Part shown: positions 36,001 to 49,044 of the stretch, in pieces
How the letters are laid out: every line of letters begins with the position of its first letter
Numbering within the stretch: position 1 is the first letter of the stretch
Notes under the pieces: generated by a model
What the model was told of the DNA's origin: nothing
The model's database searches: none
The model's input: the letters and a program-made list of their open reading frames with translations, nothing else
Program-made: the position numbers and the translations under genes
NCBI GenBank assembly: GCA_000708835.1
Contig: DF237003.1
Coordinates: forward strand, 108,524-172,523
Source of the DNA: Klebsormidium nitens
Taxonomy: Eukaryota; Plantae; Klebsormidiophyceae
DNA length: 64,000 nt
Direction: 5' to 3'

Positions 36001-39000
36001 GATCCAGTCGACCACTTTGCATGCGTCTATCCTATCGTTTCAGGTGCTTGGACCCACCTTAGAGTGGTTCCAGCGCTCTTTCAAGCATCTCGCACACTCT
36101 GTCAATTGCGGGCAGATAAATCGACCTGTGTAATCTCATGTCGTTGGACCCACCTTGAGTAACTCTAGTGCTCGCTCAAGCATCTCACACGCTTTCTCCA
36201 AACACAGGCGGGCGTGTTGAGCTGATAGTTCGATGCCGTTGGAACCAACTTGAGTAGTTCCAGCGCTCGCTCAAGCATCTCGTACGCTCTGGCAAACGCG
36301 TTGTGTTGAAATAAACAACCGAAAACCATCGGACCCACCTTGAGTAACTCCAGCGCTCGCTCGAGCATCTCGCACGCTGTCGCGAACGGGGCCGGCGTCT
36401 CGTTCACGGCTTCGCGCGCAAGCTCCGTGAGCGAGAGGGCCATGGCCAGGATCACGTCCTGCTTGAACACGCGGTTCGGGGGGCGCTCCGCCAGGGCCGC
36501 CCGCCCCACCTCCAAAACCACCTCCTCCTCGCCTACCTCCTGGAATTTACGACATTGTTGTTCGGTTCGGTTCGGTTGATATTCTTCGATGTTCCCTCTC
36601 GTTCTCCCTCTCTTCTCGTCGATCTTTCCCCTTATTACCGTGTGTGTGAGTTTTGCACTCTCTATTATGGGGCTTCTGCCGTGCATCCTGACGTTGGACC
36701 TCCAGCACCATCTAGATGCTCCTTTGCGAGCAACAGAGGCGTGGGACAGAAATCGGTCTTCGACATCTGACGGCTTTGAAGGTTTTGAGGTAAGGAGGTT
36801 TTGGACATCTTAGGTGAGTGTCTCGATTGCATTGGGAACCAGGCTGTGTCTCCAGCATTCCTCTTCCGGTAGCCCTGTTCTGGATTCGCAACGGGGTTCC
36901 ATTTGGGTCACAGCGGGCCTGCCCAGAAACCCCCAGGAATTCAGACTGGCGCCAGGATCTGACCCCTTCTCATAGTTGCCTGCTTTCAACAAAAATAAAT
37001 GGAGGGAGAACATGGACTCCCGAACCAACATTCGAGACCCCTCCTAACCATTATCCTCTATGACCGACGGTCTGAGCTGAGCAAAACCACCAAACCTGAC
37101 CGTCGGTTGCAGGGGTCTTAGTTTACGTGGGTACCTAGGGAGTCCACCGGGAGTCCCAGTTCTCCTTTCATCCTTTCTAATAACAGAGGCAAATGGGAAT
37201 CCCCAGTTCCTTTACCTGCAGCAGTGCGAGCGCCCCTGGCAGCTGCGACCACGGCACTTCGACTAGGCCTACGTCGTTGTTTTGGACAGCGATGTTGTAG
37301 CTGCGCCGAGCGTCCGAATTGACCAGCAAGTTGCGCGCAATCTGCGGGCGAGACGAGACTATTACACTCTCTGAGGCTTCGAACGTGCTTTAAGTTTGCT
37401 CTGTGTTGTACTTGAAAAGTGGTGCCCTATTCCGAGGAGAGGGCTCCTGAGAAGGCATCCCTTGACTTCACGAACCATTGGGGTGAGGTGGATACCTGTT
37501 CAAACCGTGGCTCAAATGGAGAAACTTCTGCAACTGTTTGGATATGAAGTGTGTTTCTCCAATCAAGGCTCTGAGCAGACCGTCCAAAGGGCTGTGAAAC
37601 GATGACTGCGAAGCAGATTTACGAAAAAATAAATACCTCAAAAATAGGACAGCAGAGGTTGGAACTTTGGCGAGCATGAGGACTCGCTCCAGTGGATAGC
37701 CTAACTTTCAAGAAAATCTTTTATGCATGGCTTTTCGATTGCTGAACCCTCTTACCGAAGAGTCAAAGCCAGATACAGAAATATAGCCTTCACGGGACCT
37801 TGAGATCTGTAGAGCTCTATCAGCAAATATCCCAAAGAGTTGTTTTTAAACAGAACAGATGCACGCAGAATTCCTTGTGACTTTAACTCAAGAAGGAAGG
37901 CCGGAGAAGATCAAGCAATGAGGCTAAGGGCTACTTTCTACCACCACAATATAGAGTCAACCAGATTGCATTGCTGCGTTAAAAGGTAGCTGCGCTTTTG
38001 AAGCCCCACAACTTTGAATTTAGTAGACGATCGCATTTTGCGGCCACAAAATCCAACCGCCAACTCTGGCTCCAACCGCAGTGCTTCATATCAACTCAAA
38101 GCTTTATTACCTTACCTCCATATTTTTACCACCCATCTGAAGTGCATGAGAAGCAACTTGTAAAATGTGGTGTCAACGAGATTGTAAATTCTCAACCTGA
38201 ACCCATCAAAGCCACCGCCCAGCGGCTGCCCTTCCGCCAACCCAGCAGAAGCCTGCTTCGTTGCATTGACTTCTCAATTTTTCACCACCACCACTTTTTT
38301 CTATAATAGGCATTCAGCTTGCATGTAACGCCCGCTTCTGTTGCCGCTGAAATATATATAAAAAATTGAACGAGTGCACGGCCCACCATTGAGTCTCGCT
38401 TCAGTGCCAGCATCCAGATGGATATAACAAATGACTACCCACCAGTAGCACCAGAAACGCTCGTCTTGACCACCGCAGGGCTTAATCCGATAATGTTGTA
38501 TTGCTGAAGATTTAACAGCTTACGCAAAGAAGCAAAATTTTTCTGGGCGGACGGTAAAAAAGGGGCTAAGCGGTTGTTGTTGTTGGATGTTGTTAAACAT
38601 GAATCAACCGATCGCCGCTAAGTTTGATGGGCTCATGCAAAGAAGCAGACTTTCTCTGGGCTGACGGTAAAACAGGCGCCACGCGGTGGCTGTTGTTGGA
38701 TTTTATTAAACTCGAATCAACCAATCGCCGCTAAGATCAAAGGGCTCATGCAAAGAAGCAGACTTTCTCTGGGCTGCCGGTAAAACAGGGGCCACGCGGT
38801 GGTTGTTGTGGTTGAATTTTACATCAAACATGAATCAACCAATCGCCGCTAAGATTTAAGGGCTCATGCAAAGAAGCAGACTTTTTCTGGGCTGACCGTA
38901 GAACAGGGGCTAAGCGGTGGTTGTTGTTGAATTTTACATTAAACACGAATCAACTAATCACTACTCACCAGCAAAAGTTCCTCTCGCGCCGCCAGCGCCG

Positions 39001-39520
39001 ACTTGCTGTACGGAGCCCCATCCCCCGGCACCTCACGCACTCGAGCCTCATAAGCCCTCACAATCTTCTCGGGCAGCGATGACTTGTCGGCTTGGAGCGC
39101 CTGGTAGTAATTGATGGGCAGCTGGATGGTTTTGTCAGTGGCGGCCTGGGAGATGAAGGGTTTCAGAAGCGCGCGAGGCGGGACTGGGTTGCGCGGTGGG
39201 AACTTGGGTTTCTGCTCGTGCTTTTGAAATAGACGGTTCTTTTGTGCAAAGCCGGTGCGCAGTAATGCATGTTTTTGGAGGTGATGGCGGTCGAGCTTGG
39301 GACGCTTAGCATTGTTAATCGGCGCAGTGCGCAGATTTGCCACACCAGAGGGTGAGATTTTTGGGGCGTAACAGCAGTGGTGTTGATTCTGAGGGGAGAT
39401 TGAGCTATTCAAACGAAGCCCTCTTGTATTCGAGCCGTTTTCACTTACTCTGCTACCAGCAATTTTTAGGATGGAGCAATCATGAGTCCTAACCAATTGG
39501 CCGCCAGCATTGAGAGCCAT
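30086..39520 (-). CDS. ARC6: Plastid division protein ARC6 (Ftn2 family): J-like domain, transmembrane segment, DUF4101 C-terminus
   Basis: Exons 38969-39520, 37216-37341, 36339-36539, 34593-34856, one or two short exons at ~33.8-34.2 kb (boundaries unresolved), 33009-33177, 30831-32164, 30086-30217. Motifs LPINYYQAL, EVPWSQLPGALALLQ, FKQDVILAMAL, AFARMTAAEQ, ERAMCCLLLG, TM VVILVGGALLVAAIASAVL, AEGIIRRWQKAKAGALG, YRAKYEL...WRII. Confidence 0.9.
36040..36338 (-). repeat. Three decayed ~95-bp-period copies of the ARC6 exon-3 end plus donor
   Basis: GGACCCACCTTGAGTAACTCCAGCGCTCGCTCGAGCATCTCGCAC (real junction at 36331) recurs at ~36241, 36146 and 36050. Confidence 0.85.
38500..38960. repeat. 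Tandem repeat of four ~115-bp units in ARC6 intron 1
   Basis: Marker GAATCAAC at 38601, 38714, 38832 and 38947. Shared block GCTAAG...GGGCTCATGCAAAGAAGCAGACTTT.TCTGGGCTG. Confidence 0.9.
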
Positions 39521-40596
39521 TTTCGGTGCATTGATAGGAGATAATCTGCCGTGGTACAGTATTCAAGTTCTGCCGCCGTTTCACCCCCAAATCCTCATAT
39601 GTGTGGAAACAAAGTGTTTGCCGTCCTTGAAGAATGACAATCCTATACTAATATGCTGAGATCCTGCAGATTGACTCTAGGGGCAGCTGACGAAAGAAAA
39701 TGAGCTCAAAGAACAGCGCATTCAGCAAACTTCAAAGAACTTCTTGCACGAAGTTGAAGTTGTGTCTTGACGGGCCGGACTCGGACTTGAAGCCTCAGAA
39801 GGTGCATTCCCGCCAAAACCTCCAAACGAGAAGCGCATCATCATGTTGGTGCTTCGCGGCCGCTTTTGCGCGCGTGCACTTTATAGGTGCTCGCGCACTT
39901 ACAGCAACCGTACGGACCCTGCTGTACAGTCGATCGAAATCGACGGCCTTCAAGTCATCAAACATCAATGAGCACAGTCTGACAGATTTGGTGACGGTGG
40001 AGTCGCCGGAGCCCACGAGTTCCCAAGAGCCACTCAAGGGCAGCCATCGAGCCGTCCAAAGTGTTGCGTTGCCTGCAATCGACGGTGGCAGCAAGCTTTG
40101 CGGAAACCACGTGCTCCATGAGGTGAATGACGTCATATTGGGACGGCACTTCGATTCTGTTTCGGCCCCTGCGAAAGCTGTGAGTCACTTTTGAAGGCTG
40201 GAAATGGAGCGCAACTTGCAAGAGAGGGACACAAGCTCTCTTGTTGCGCAAGACGACATTCACGAGTCACAATGCCCTCACTTCCTAGCTTGGGCCCTTC
40301 AACTTCGAGAGATCTGCAGCGCTTTCAAACGCCGCCATTCTTTGCAGAATTTGCAGTTCATTAGCAGCAGACACCTTCAGCCTCAGAGGATTCCACATAC
40401 AAAAGGTGCAGTCAGCACTTCAAACAGACAAACAGAGCAACGGCATTCTTTGGTTCGGTATACAACAGACGAACAACAAGGACAGGGATCAGCTGACAAC
40501 AGCATCCCTTTGCAGATCCACCTTTAGCGCAGAAGATCCGAGCATAGTTCTCATTCTCAGAGCATCCCAGCTCCAGATTTGAGACAAGCATACGCA

Positions 40597-42146
40597 ATGG
40601 CGTGCCAGAAGCTCCTTGTGCTCTCCCTCGCTCTCTGCGTCCTCCCGTCTCTCGTTTCCGCTGGCGTATCCTTCAGGTCGCTCGGCAATGCTACCATCGC
40701 CGTGAGGGGGTCTAAGTACAACCCTCAGACAAACACCACGTCGCCACTTGTCAACCAGACGGTCAAGTATGACGAGTTCATCCAGGTCTCATGGAACGCG
40801 CTCCCCACTGCCGCCAGGCTGCTGCCCGAGTTCACATCGGTGCACGTGAAGCTGTGCTTTGGGCCCAAAAGTGCTCTCAACCGGGGGTGGAGGAAGTCGA
40901 TCGACGACATCAAGCTTGACCGGCTGTGCAAGCACAAGATCATTGATGAGGTAAGAGGACCACCTTGTATTGCTTCAAAGGTGGTTTCTCACTTGGAATG
41001 ACCTGGTAGTTGGTATGTTTTCGATTGCCCTGATGAGTCCAAGGCAAGGGTGTTTGCTAGGAATACATGAGATTCCAAGGCTAGCTGACTTTACTGCCCA
41101 TGAAAGACTGGCTTCTGCACTACATAGCATTAATCAGACTGTTGGGAGGCCCTAGATCCTGAGTGAGGATGGTTGATAGTTTCAATGTGAGCGCTGAACA
41201 GCGCGTTTTATATTCCTGTCAATCTCTGCTTGCGCAACATTCTAGCTGGCTTGTACGCCTCGTTTGACCTTTTGGATTAGAGTCTTTGTATGTCTTGTTC
41301 GTACTATTTCTACTAGCATTGCAGCAGAGCGCTGGCAGGATTTGCTAAGTTCACACTCTGTAATTCAGTCGAAGAATCGATCTGGTGGTTGCTGTAGGTT
41401 CTCTGTGCTTGGGTTGCTTTGTGCAAAATCTGAGTCTACTGGGTTTCGTTACTTCCAGGCTAAAGAGTAGAGAGGAAGATTGTCCCCCCATCTCTTGTTG
41501 CTGTCGAAGAGATTGTGTGATGGGACTGTCCTTTAAGGGTGCTTTTAAAAACTTTCTGCACGCCAGTGCAGGGGCTGCTTTGGACTGACCAAGAGGTGTT
41601 ACCTTGTCAAATTTCCACAGCAGAAATTCATATGCTGCCTGGGTGTCGTCACTTTTACTCCTATCTTTTGTAGTTGTGCAGTTTCCAGCCCGCTTCCATG
41701 TTACTGGGGCCGCTTTTTGAAGAACAGTGTTCCCCAGATCACCCTTAAAATTATCTTAAAAGCCCGAAGAAGCGTTGGAAGACTCCACTTGAATTTGCCC
41801 TGTCCTGCTTGGCATACGCGCAGCATCATGAAAGTGCAAGCTCTTACTAACCCCTAATTCTTGCTTCTTGCAGCCATGGAAGAACGGCACGACCACCGTC
41901 AACTATCAACTCGAGAAGAACCTGCCAGGAGCATTTTACCGCTTCCGCATCTACGCTTTGAACGCAGCGGGTGACCCGATTGCTTACGGTCAGACCAACA
42001 CAACTTCGCTGTTCCATTTCGAGGCGATCACCGGACGATCTGTGGGGCTTGACGTCGCGATTGGGGTGCTTTCGGCGGTCTCGGGGCTTGTGTTGATCGG
42101 GTATTTCCTCAAGGAGCAATCGTCCAAGAAGGCGACAAAGGGTTAA
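40597..42146 (+). CDS. NAR2: High-affinity nitrate transport accessory protein NAR2/NRT3, 2 exons, ~208 aa
   Basis: Exons 40597-40950 and 41874-42146. N-terminal signal peptide; VKLCFGPKSALNRGWRK...CKHKII; YRFRIYALNAAGDPIAYGQT; C-terminal TM ITGRSVGLDVAIGVLSAVSGLVLIGYFLKE. Confidence 0.9.
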
Positions 42147-43794
42147 TTTCTGAAACAAAGGGTTAATTTCTGAGCACAAAGTCGAAAAGAGTTGGGGAGT
42201 TGGGAATTCGTACGACCATATTGATTGTAGGTTGCATGAGGGTTGCAAGCGGTGTACCCGAAACTGTAAAATGATTAGTGTCGGTACTAGTTAAGGCAGC
42301 GCGTAGCCTGTAAGGTTGACACACTCTCCTGTGGAAGCGTCGCCGAGAGACATAGAGGAGTATAGCGGTACTTCTAAGTCGAGGTGGGGAATCCTTACCT
42401 GTCTGGCCCGTCCTGGATTTGAGCAAAGAACGATTTTATCTGAGACGGACGGCAAGATGGACCAAAGTAGTAATGTCAATTCTATTGAAAACAATTATTG
42501 ACAACAGGTCGACTCGAAGCTACGTCTTTTGCAAGCATTCCTTCAACCTGCCGCCAATAATTTTCGTCGTAGAACCTTTCTCTTTGTCAAGTTCCGCAGC
42601 ACCACCCCAATTCGCGCATTGTATGCTGATGGAACCTGCGCTATGCAGTCAACACAAACTGTAGTCTTCAATGGGATAAATCAAGACTGATCTGCGAGGT
42701 GCTTTCAATACAATGCTGGGCCATGTCTGATTATGTTGTATGCGTACACCTTTGACTTGGGATAAACGCGAGTCAGCTCTTCAATCACATCCATATACGA
42801 CTCGATCGCATGCTAATTTGTTGCATGTTCGACAGTACCATGCCCGCGGAATCATTGCTGTGCACGATATGCAAAATAAAATTACAGGTATGGCAGCCAC
42901 GGTAACATCCACAGCTACTCTACTTCATCAATGCGTTCAATGTGCTCATCCGCGCCATGACCGGTCATAAACCTGTCAATCATGATCATCTTACTTAAGT
43001 AACATAGTGGCTTCGACCGGACTGAGTGCGGTAAACCGGCCGCTGTCAATCGCAATGAAAATACCGATTGCTGGCAGACAGCAGTCTGCGTGGTGCTTGA
43101 GTCAATCAAACATGTGCACTTAACTAGTCACATACGCTGTGCGCACTTGTGATACTCATTGTGTGGAAGAACATATACACGGTCAGCTTAAATCGTCATA
43201 TATATTACAATTCGTTAGTCTACAATCACATCGTGACGAGTACAAGCATCCGGCCTGCTGGCACGCGGGCATGGGGCCATAGTGGCCACTTTGTACGCAG
43301 CGTATGTACGTGTAAACTCGATTATAATTACGGTCTGATTACATCGGCCGCCAGCTCGGATGATGCGATGTGCCCTGACATGCAATGACGAGTACTCGGA
43401 TGCGTCTGGAGTTGATTCGATACAACGTGATCCGATCAGATCATCATTGCATACATGCACAGTGTTACTAAAGCCTTTGGATTGCGATGTATTTAAACAA
43501 GTGGCCATATGTCCTCATACGGTTCAGAGAACGCTCCAACGTGTTATGACTCGTGTGTGCTAAAGCCAACAAAGGATGAAGAACGACGATCTCGTGTGCA
43601 CTGTCCATCATTCTCTTTTGACGCGCTTGCATGTTACCGGACGCGAGCCCAAGCCATCACAGTAATTTGAAAGCAAGTTAGGTTCACGGAGTTCCGCATC
43701 TTTTGAGGAGCACAGCGCCCGGTGTGTTTGACGATTTTGTTATTTGCATGCGGACCTTCGGTACAAGCTCGGAGCTGCACAAGCCAGGGCTGCG

Positions 43795-46700
43795 TCAAGA
43801 CTGTTTCTTCGTTGGGGAGGCCTTAGGTGGACCCAAAGCCTTCTTTCGCTGGACCAACATGTGTGTGTACATGAAGGGAAAGCCTGCAATGATGAAAAGG
43901 TGCATCAGCTGCACACCGGCTGGAAGTCATTAACCCGCCACCAGACTTTGGCGACACCATAATAAAGTTACCGTGAAGCCTTAGGTCGAAATAGGTTCGT
44001 CTTTAGAGGTTTATGGCTGGATAAAGTTGAAGCTTATGGCTGAACTGATGACAGAGGGAAGTTGAAAAGCAATTTGAAGCACACATGAAGCAGTCCGGCA
44101 TCTGCTTATGTATAATTCTCCTAATAAAAGGTAACCTTTCCCAACGGAAGAGTCGGTACCTTTTGTCCACGCTTGCAGATTAGGGATCCCGAGAGTGGCA
44201 GGCACGAAAAGGGGAACAACAAGCGACGGAAAGTGTCCTTTGAACAAGAACTGGCAGCGAAGAGAAAGGACAGAGAGTCTTATAGACCGAGAACCGTGAC
44301 ACATTCTCTCTCTGTTAGTGTCGGTGAGCGAAAACATAACGCGTGCAACAAAAGCTCAAAGCGAAAGAAGCGTCCACCGGTTGATTATCACCGAACGAGA
44401 TGCATTTGAACAGGTTCGGGCGCGCCTCACCGTAAAGATAGCTGAAGAGGACCCCGCATGCGACCGGGTAGAAGTCGAAGGCGAAATTCAACCGGTTCGG
44501 CATCGGATAGCTGAACTTTTTGGACGCCTGTAGACGGAAGTGACGGGATTAGACGGCGCGAGGGGAGGCAAGAGTGCCAGTTAGCGGAAGAATCCTCGAG
44601 AACTTCAAGAAGTAATGCATCTCGACCGACATATTCCCAGTAAAAGCAGGAAAGAATGTTAAGCAAGGCTCCCTTTTCCTTCGGGTTAACAGGGTCTCCA
44701 AACGAGTACGAAAAGCGCCTCGACCTACGCTTTGCATCATTTGGACAAAGAGAGTTGATCTCCGATAGCACGCTCATCTTCAAGGTTAAAATGACACGAT
44801 CAACGTAATTAAACAGGACTCAACAGCCTTTAAAGCAGCGCCCACATTGCCTCCTTTGCAACTATGAGAGAAAACGTCAACCTCATCTCGAATAGTACAC
44901 CAGCTTGCACTTTGACCCCAACAAGTCGTATTGCTTCGCACCCGGAAATTACATATTCTTGCAAATCCTGACGATGCTGCGTTGTTGAAAAGATCAAATC
45001 GGCTTAAGATTCAACAGTGAAATCAAAGGGATCAGGAGAAAGAACCAAATGCCAACTGAAGGGGTTTAAAGAAGACTCGAAGCTTGAAGAAGAGGACGAA
45101 TCGTAGAACCCCTGTGAAAGACCATAAAACTTCCAGAAGCAGAAGGTAAGGAGAAAATAGGGAACGAAGACACAGCGTGCATATGGCCGGAAGGGAGCTA
45201 AGCCTCACCGCAACGAACGGCAGCGCCAAAACTGTGAGCACCACCTCGCTACCCGCTCCCACCGGGTATAAAACGATAAACAGGGTGTACCTGAAAAGTA
45301 AGGGGCCAGCTTTGAGTTTCCCAATAATATGAGGGCATTACAAAGGAGGGATCCCGACGTGAGGGCTTTACGACTCTCGCTTACAGAGTGATGGGCGAAA
45401 GGTCTGTTGGCTGCACGGAGCAGGAGCGTTCGCAAGCACAAAGAGTGCCTCTAGGGGGGTAAGAAAGAGGTTCAGAACATTCTTCCAGAAGAATCAGAAG
45501 GTAGAATCTTGGGACGCATGCACGAACCTCGAATCAATGGACGTGCTACAGATGACCTTTTAAAAATTGATATTTCAGGGACCTTCCTATTCATGAAGCT
45601 GTTGGCAAAAGGAGGGGTTCGAATGAATAAGCTGGCCGGGAACGGCGAACAGGGAACGGGTGATGTAACGGGTGGACCGAACACGGCTCTCGGCTGATCC
45701 TCATTAGCTCCCTAAGCTTTGACCCTTCGGAAAACGCGGTCGAGGCTGCTATTCTGAATCCACCTGGGCTCTTGGTATGAGAGGGGATCTCTGAGGATCT
45801 GGGGCAACTTTGTGCTCCGCTCATAGGTTATTAAAGATCTGTTAGAAGAAGTTGCCTCCAACCAGGAGCTTCACGAACCTCGAAGGGCAGCCCTTTGTCA
45901 GCCCATCGAGAAACCTTGAGAGTTACATAAGTTTCAGACGAGTCCTCGCGCCCGAGGCTAGCTCAGCGTTTCCAGTATTCCAACTCCCGTCCAGTCCTAT
46001 GCTCTCTTTCAATACTAACAGAGCCCTCGAACCAAAATTGGTTTCTGCGAACAGAACAACTAGAGAAGCAACGGTGGCTTTTGCGGACAAAAGCAACTAG
46101 AGAAGCGGGCTGCTCACCGGAGCCACAAGACAATGTACGGAGCCTCCCCGAGAGCCTCCTTGAGCGCGTAGAAGACATACCGGATGATCTGCACAGGTGC
46201 AAGTCGAAGGTCATTCCGTGCCCTTGCCAAAATCACGAAACTTCGACGCTACTGCATTAAACGTTGTGATCTTGCAATTACCCTTGGGATTATTGCGCGT
46301 GCCACCTTTACGAACCGAACGCGTTCTTTGGGTGACAAAGGCTGGACTTCCGACGGCGCACAATTTTACAAAGAACCCTGACTTTCACCATCTACGCAGC
46401 GCAGCAAGCGAATGCACAAAAAACTCAGAAGCCAAAGGTTGCGGAGGAAGTTCAACCAGCAAGCTGGCCGAAAGGCCTATGTTCAGAGGGAGTGTGAGCT
46501 TCAAAATTACGGCGACGCTTTTTGTACTCTGGGCCGGTTAACGGAGAAAATTTGCGTCAAGAGAGCGTCCCTAGACTTGAAGTCTCGCGACTGTCCAGCT
46601 TTAAATTTAGCGGTAAATGGATAAAAAGTTCGACAATCACGCAGCCCGGATGTGTCAAGAAGAAGCTCACCTCGCTCAACGCCCAAGCTATGCACAGGCT

Positions 46701-49044
46701 GGATCCGAAAACGGACGTCCGTACCTGCAATCAAGCGTCTCGGGCTGTCAGACTTGCCTTCTGTCTGGCGTGTCTTCAGACACGATTTTCTTTCGAATCG
46801 ACCTCGGTCAAGCGGTCAAACTCTTTGCGTTCACCTATGCCGAAGAAGAGAGCGAGAGCAACCACGGGAGTCGCTTCCTTAGTAATTCAGCGCCGTTTTG
46901 TGAATCAGCTTTTAAGCCTCCTCTCTGAGAGCGAGAGCAACCACGGGAGTCGCTTCCGTTAGTAATTCAGCGCCGTTTTGTGTATCAGCTTAAAAAGCCT
47001 CCTCTCTGTCAAGCCTTGTGAGTGGGGTTCCAAGTCAATCATAGACACGGGAACTGAAGCAAGCACAGGACGCATCCCGTTTGAAACTTATGGTACCCAG
47101 AACAAGAAACGCTTCCCTCCCAAATTCGCAAGAGATGGATGGCGAGAGATGCTTTCAAACTATGTTTAGGTCCGATTAGGAAACCTCAAACTCACGCCAG
47201 GTCTGCCAGGTTTCGAAGTCCATTCCAGTCCTCACCTCCGGGAAGCTGTATACGATGGCCCACAATACGAAGACTCGCGAGAAAACCTGGACAATGTTTG
47301 AAAAGAGAGGCGAGCGCACAATACCTGCAAAGAGAGAATATGCGTGTGTCACGGTAAAGCTGAGGTCGGCTCCCATCTGTAACCTGTGGTCATTCTGCTT
47401 CGACCACTGCATCGTGATAGATACAGAGTTGCCAAGAAGGTCTCCATCTCTCTGACAATGCCACCAGCTTTTCTTTCTGGTACTAACATACAGTGATTGA
47501 AGCTATTCTACCCGGTAGGTTGATCCTAGGAGGAACAGCATGGGAGTGGACTTGGGCCCATCCTGCCACTGGTAATATACTCTGCTGATGAGGGTGCTCA
47601 ACACTTGGGATCTTTATACTCAGCGGAATCTGTTTTCTCGTAAACATCTGGTCCCGCAGGTGACCCGATGAGAGGTTTCGTAGGCAGGACGCCAGAGGCA
47701 TTGACCGGCTCTTGGAGTGGTAAACGCAAGCGTGATAATGATGCAACTTCTTCAACGAGCTTCACTTTCCATTGTACCACGCTTTCGTTGAGATATCACT
47801 TCAAGAGCATATCTCAAAATACAGCAACTAGGGCAGGTCCAAAGATGATTCTTGAGCTGGTGAAGCATAACGTTACACTGCGGTGCTCATACCAAAGAGC
47901 TGGGGTTAAACAAGGCTAAGGACAAAGCTAACTAGATCCAACCCCGCTACTGTAGTCTCATGAGGACTTTGAAGTACCATAAAATTTCACATTGTAAATT
48001 GTCTGTAAGACACGATCACAGCTCAAAGAAGAAAGGAGCATATGAACGGCGCCCAGCCAGCAAACTCACCGAAGAGGCTGTGGAAGATCTGCATCCAAAG
48101 ACAAACAAGTCTTCATGGTCGACTTCACTGTATCTCTTTCCAAGCGCCGTACAAGATGCAACCAGACACTCGAACGTCTCATGGGTTTGTCTGTACAGTC
48201 ATAACTCCGCAAGGTGCATCAACAAAGACAATCAAGCCTAAGGATCGTGACCGCTCATGTTTTTCTTTCTTCTCCTCTACTTTCGCACCTGGCACTTTCA
48301 CTCTTAGCACATAAGCATGAGGTTGACAAGGTTGCTTCCATGCTATCTTACAGACCCTGCAATCACAAGCCTTCATCACTCCATAAACAGCGATACAGTA
48401 CTTTTCCGTAGGAAGGTTTTTGTACCTTGCTTTCTGGGAGAATCTATTTGCAAAAGACAGCTCACCTCAAGAATGGCAAGCGTCTGGAAGACTTGCAGGG
48501 CCGGGATGCACGCCTCAATGCACGTTTCGGGGCCTGAGGTCCGCAGCGCCTCAATCGCCTTTACAAGAACAAGAGTCCTGCATAAAAATGCAAGCGCTTC
48601 TCAGCCGCCTGTCTTTTTCGGTGCTTTGCTTCTACCATACAGTTTCTGATTGTTGGATGTGCTTTCTGACCCAAAATTGCCTTTGATGAACATGATGGTT
48701 GCTCGATGTACTGTTTTGATATGAGCTGACGCTCTTAAGGACGTTCCAACCTTGCTTTATACGATCAGCCACGCATCGCCCCAACAGCTGTTGAATTTCA
48801 TTTACAATGCGAACGCAAATTGAGAAGACTTCTAGACCGTTGGACACCATGGCCCCATCTAAATGAATCAAAGGTTTGAACCCGGCCGAATTTTGATCCA
48901 TGGCTTGAGAACGCTGATACATCTGGTGCACCTTCTACCGCATTGACCAATTTTCTAGCGCAGAAAGTTCCACCAAGTCACTTACCACCCTCCAGCCAAG
49001 ATCATGTTGTACAGAATAAGATAGATTGATTTGACATTCCCCAT
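43795..49044 (-). CDS. PAS2: Very-long-chain 3-hydroxyacyl-CoA dehydratase (PASTICCINO2/PHS1/PTPLA), 9 exons, 223 aa
   Basis: Exons 48986-49044, 48466-48577, 48070-48088 (19-nt micro-exon), 47236-47324, 46671-46724, 46118-46188, 45209-45290, 44431-44527 and 43795-43883, all phase-consistent. Motifs YLILYN, QTLAILEIFHSLFGIVRSP, QVFSRVF, WALSEIIRY, WLRYTLFIVLYPVG.GSE, YTHMLVQRKKAL. Confidence 0.93.
46848..47008. repeat. Recent ~80-bp tandem duplication in a PAS2 intron
   Basis: GAGAGCGAGAGCAACCACGGGAGTCGCTTCC...CCTCCTCTCTG at 46848 and 46927, with only a few differences. Confidence 0.9.

Noticed and set aside
40000-40596. Nitrate-responsive element upstream of NAR2, or a nitrate gene cluster
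   Set aside because: No good match to the TGACCCTT-N10-AAG type motif, and no NRT2, NIA or NII gene in the window.
47520-47570. PAS2 exon encoding GWAQV
   Set aside because: The match does not continue, and the phase-consistent exon 48466-48577 provides the real sequence.
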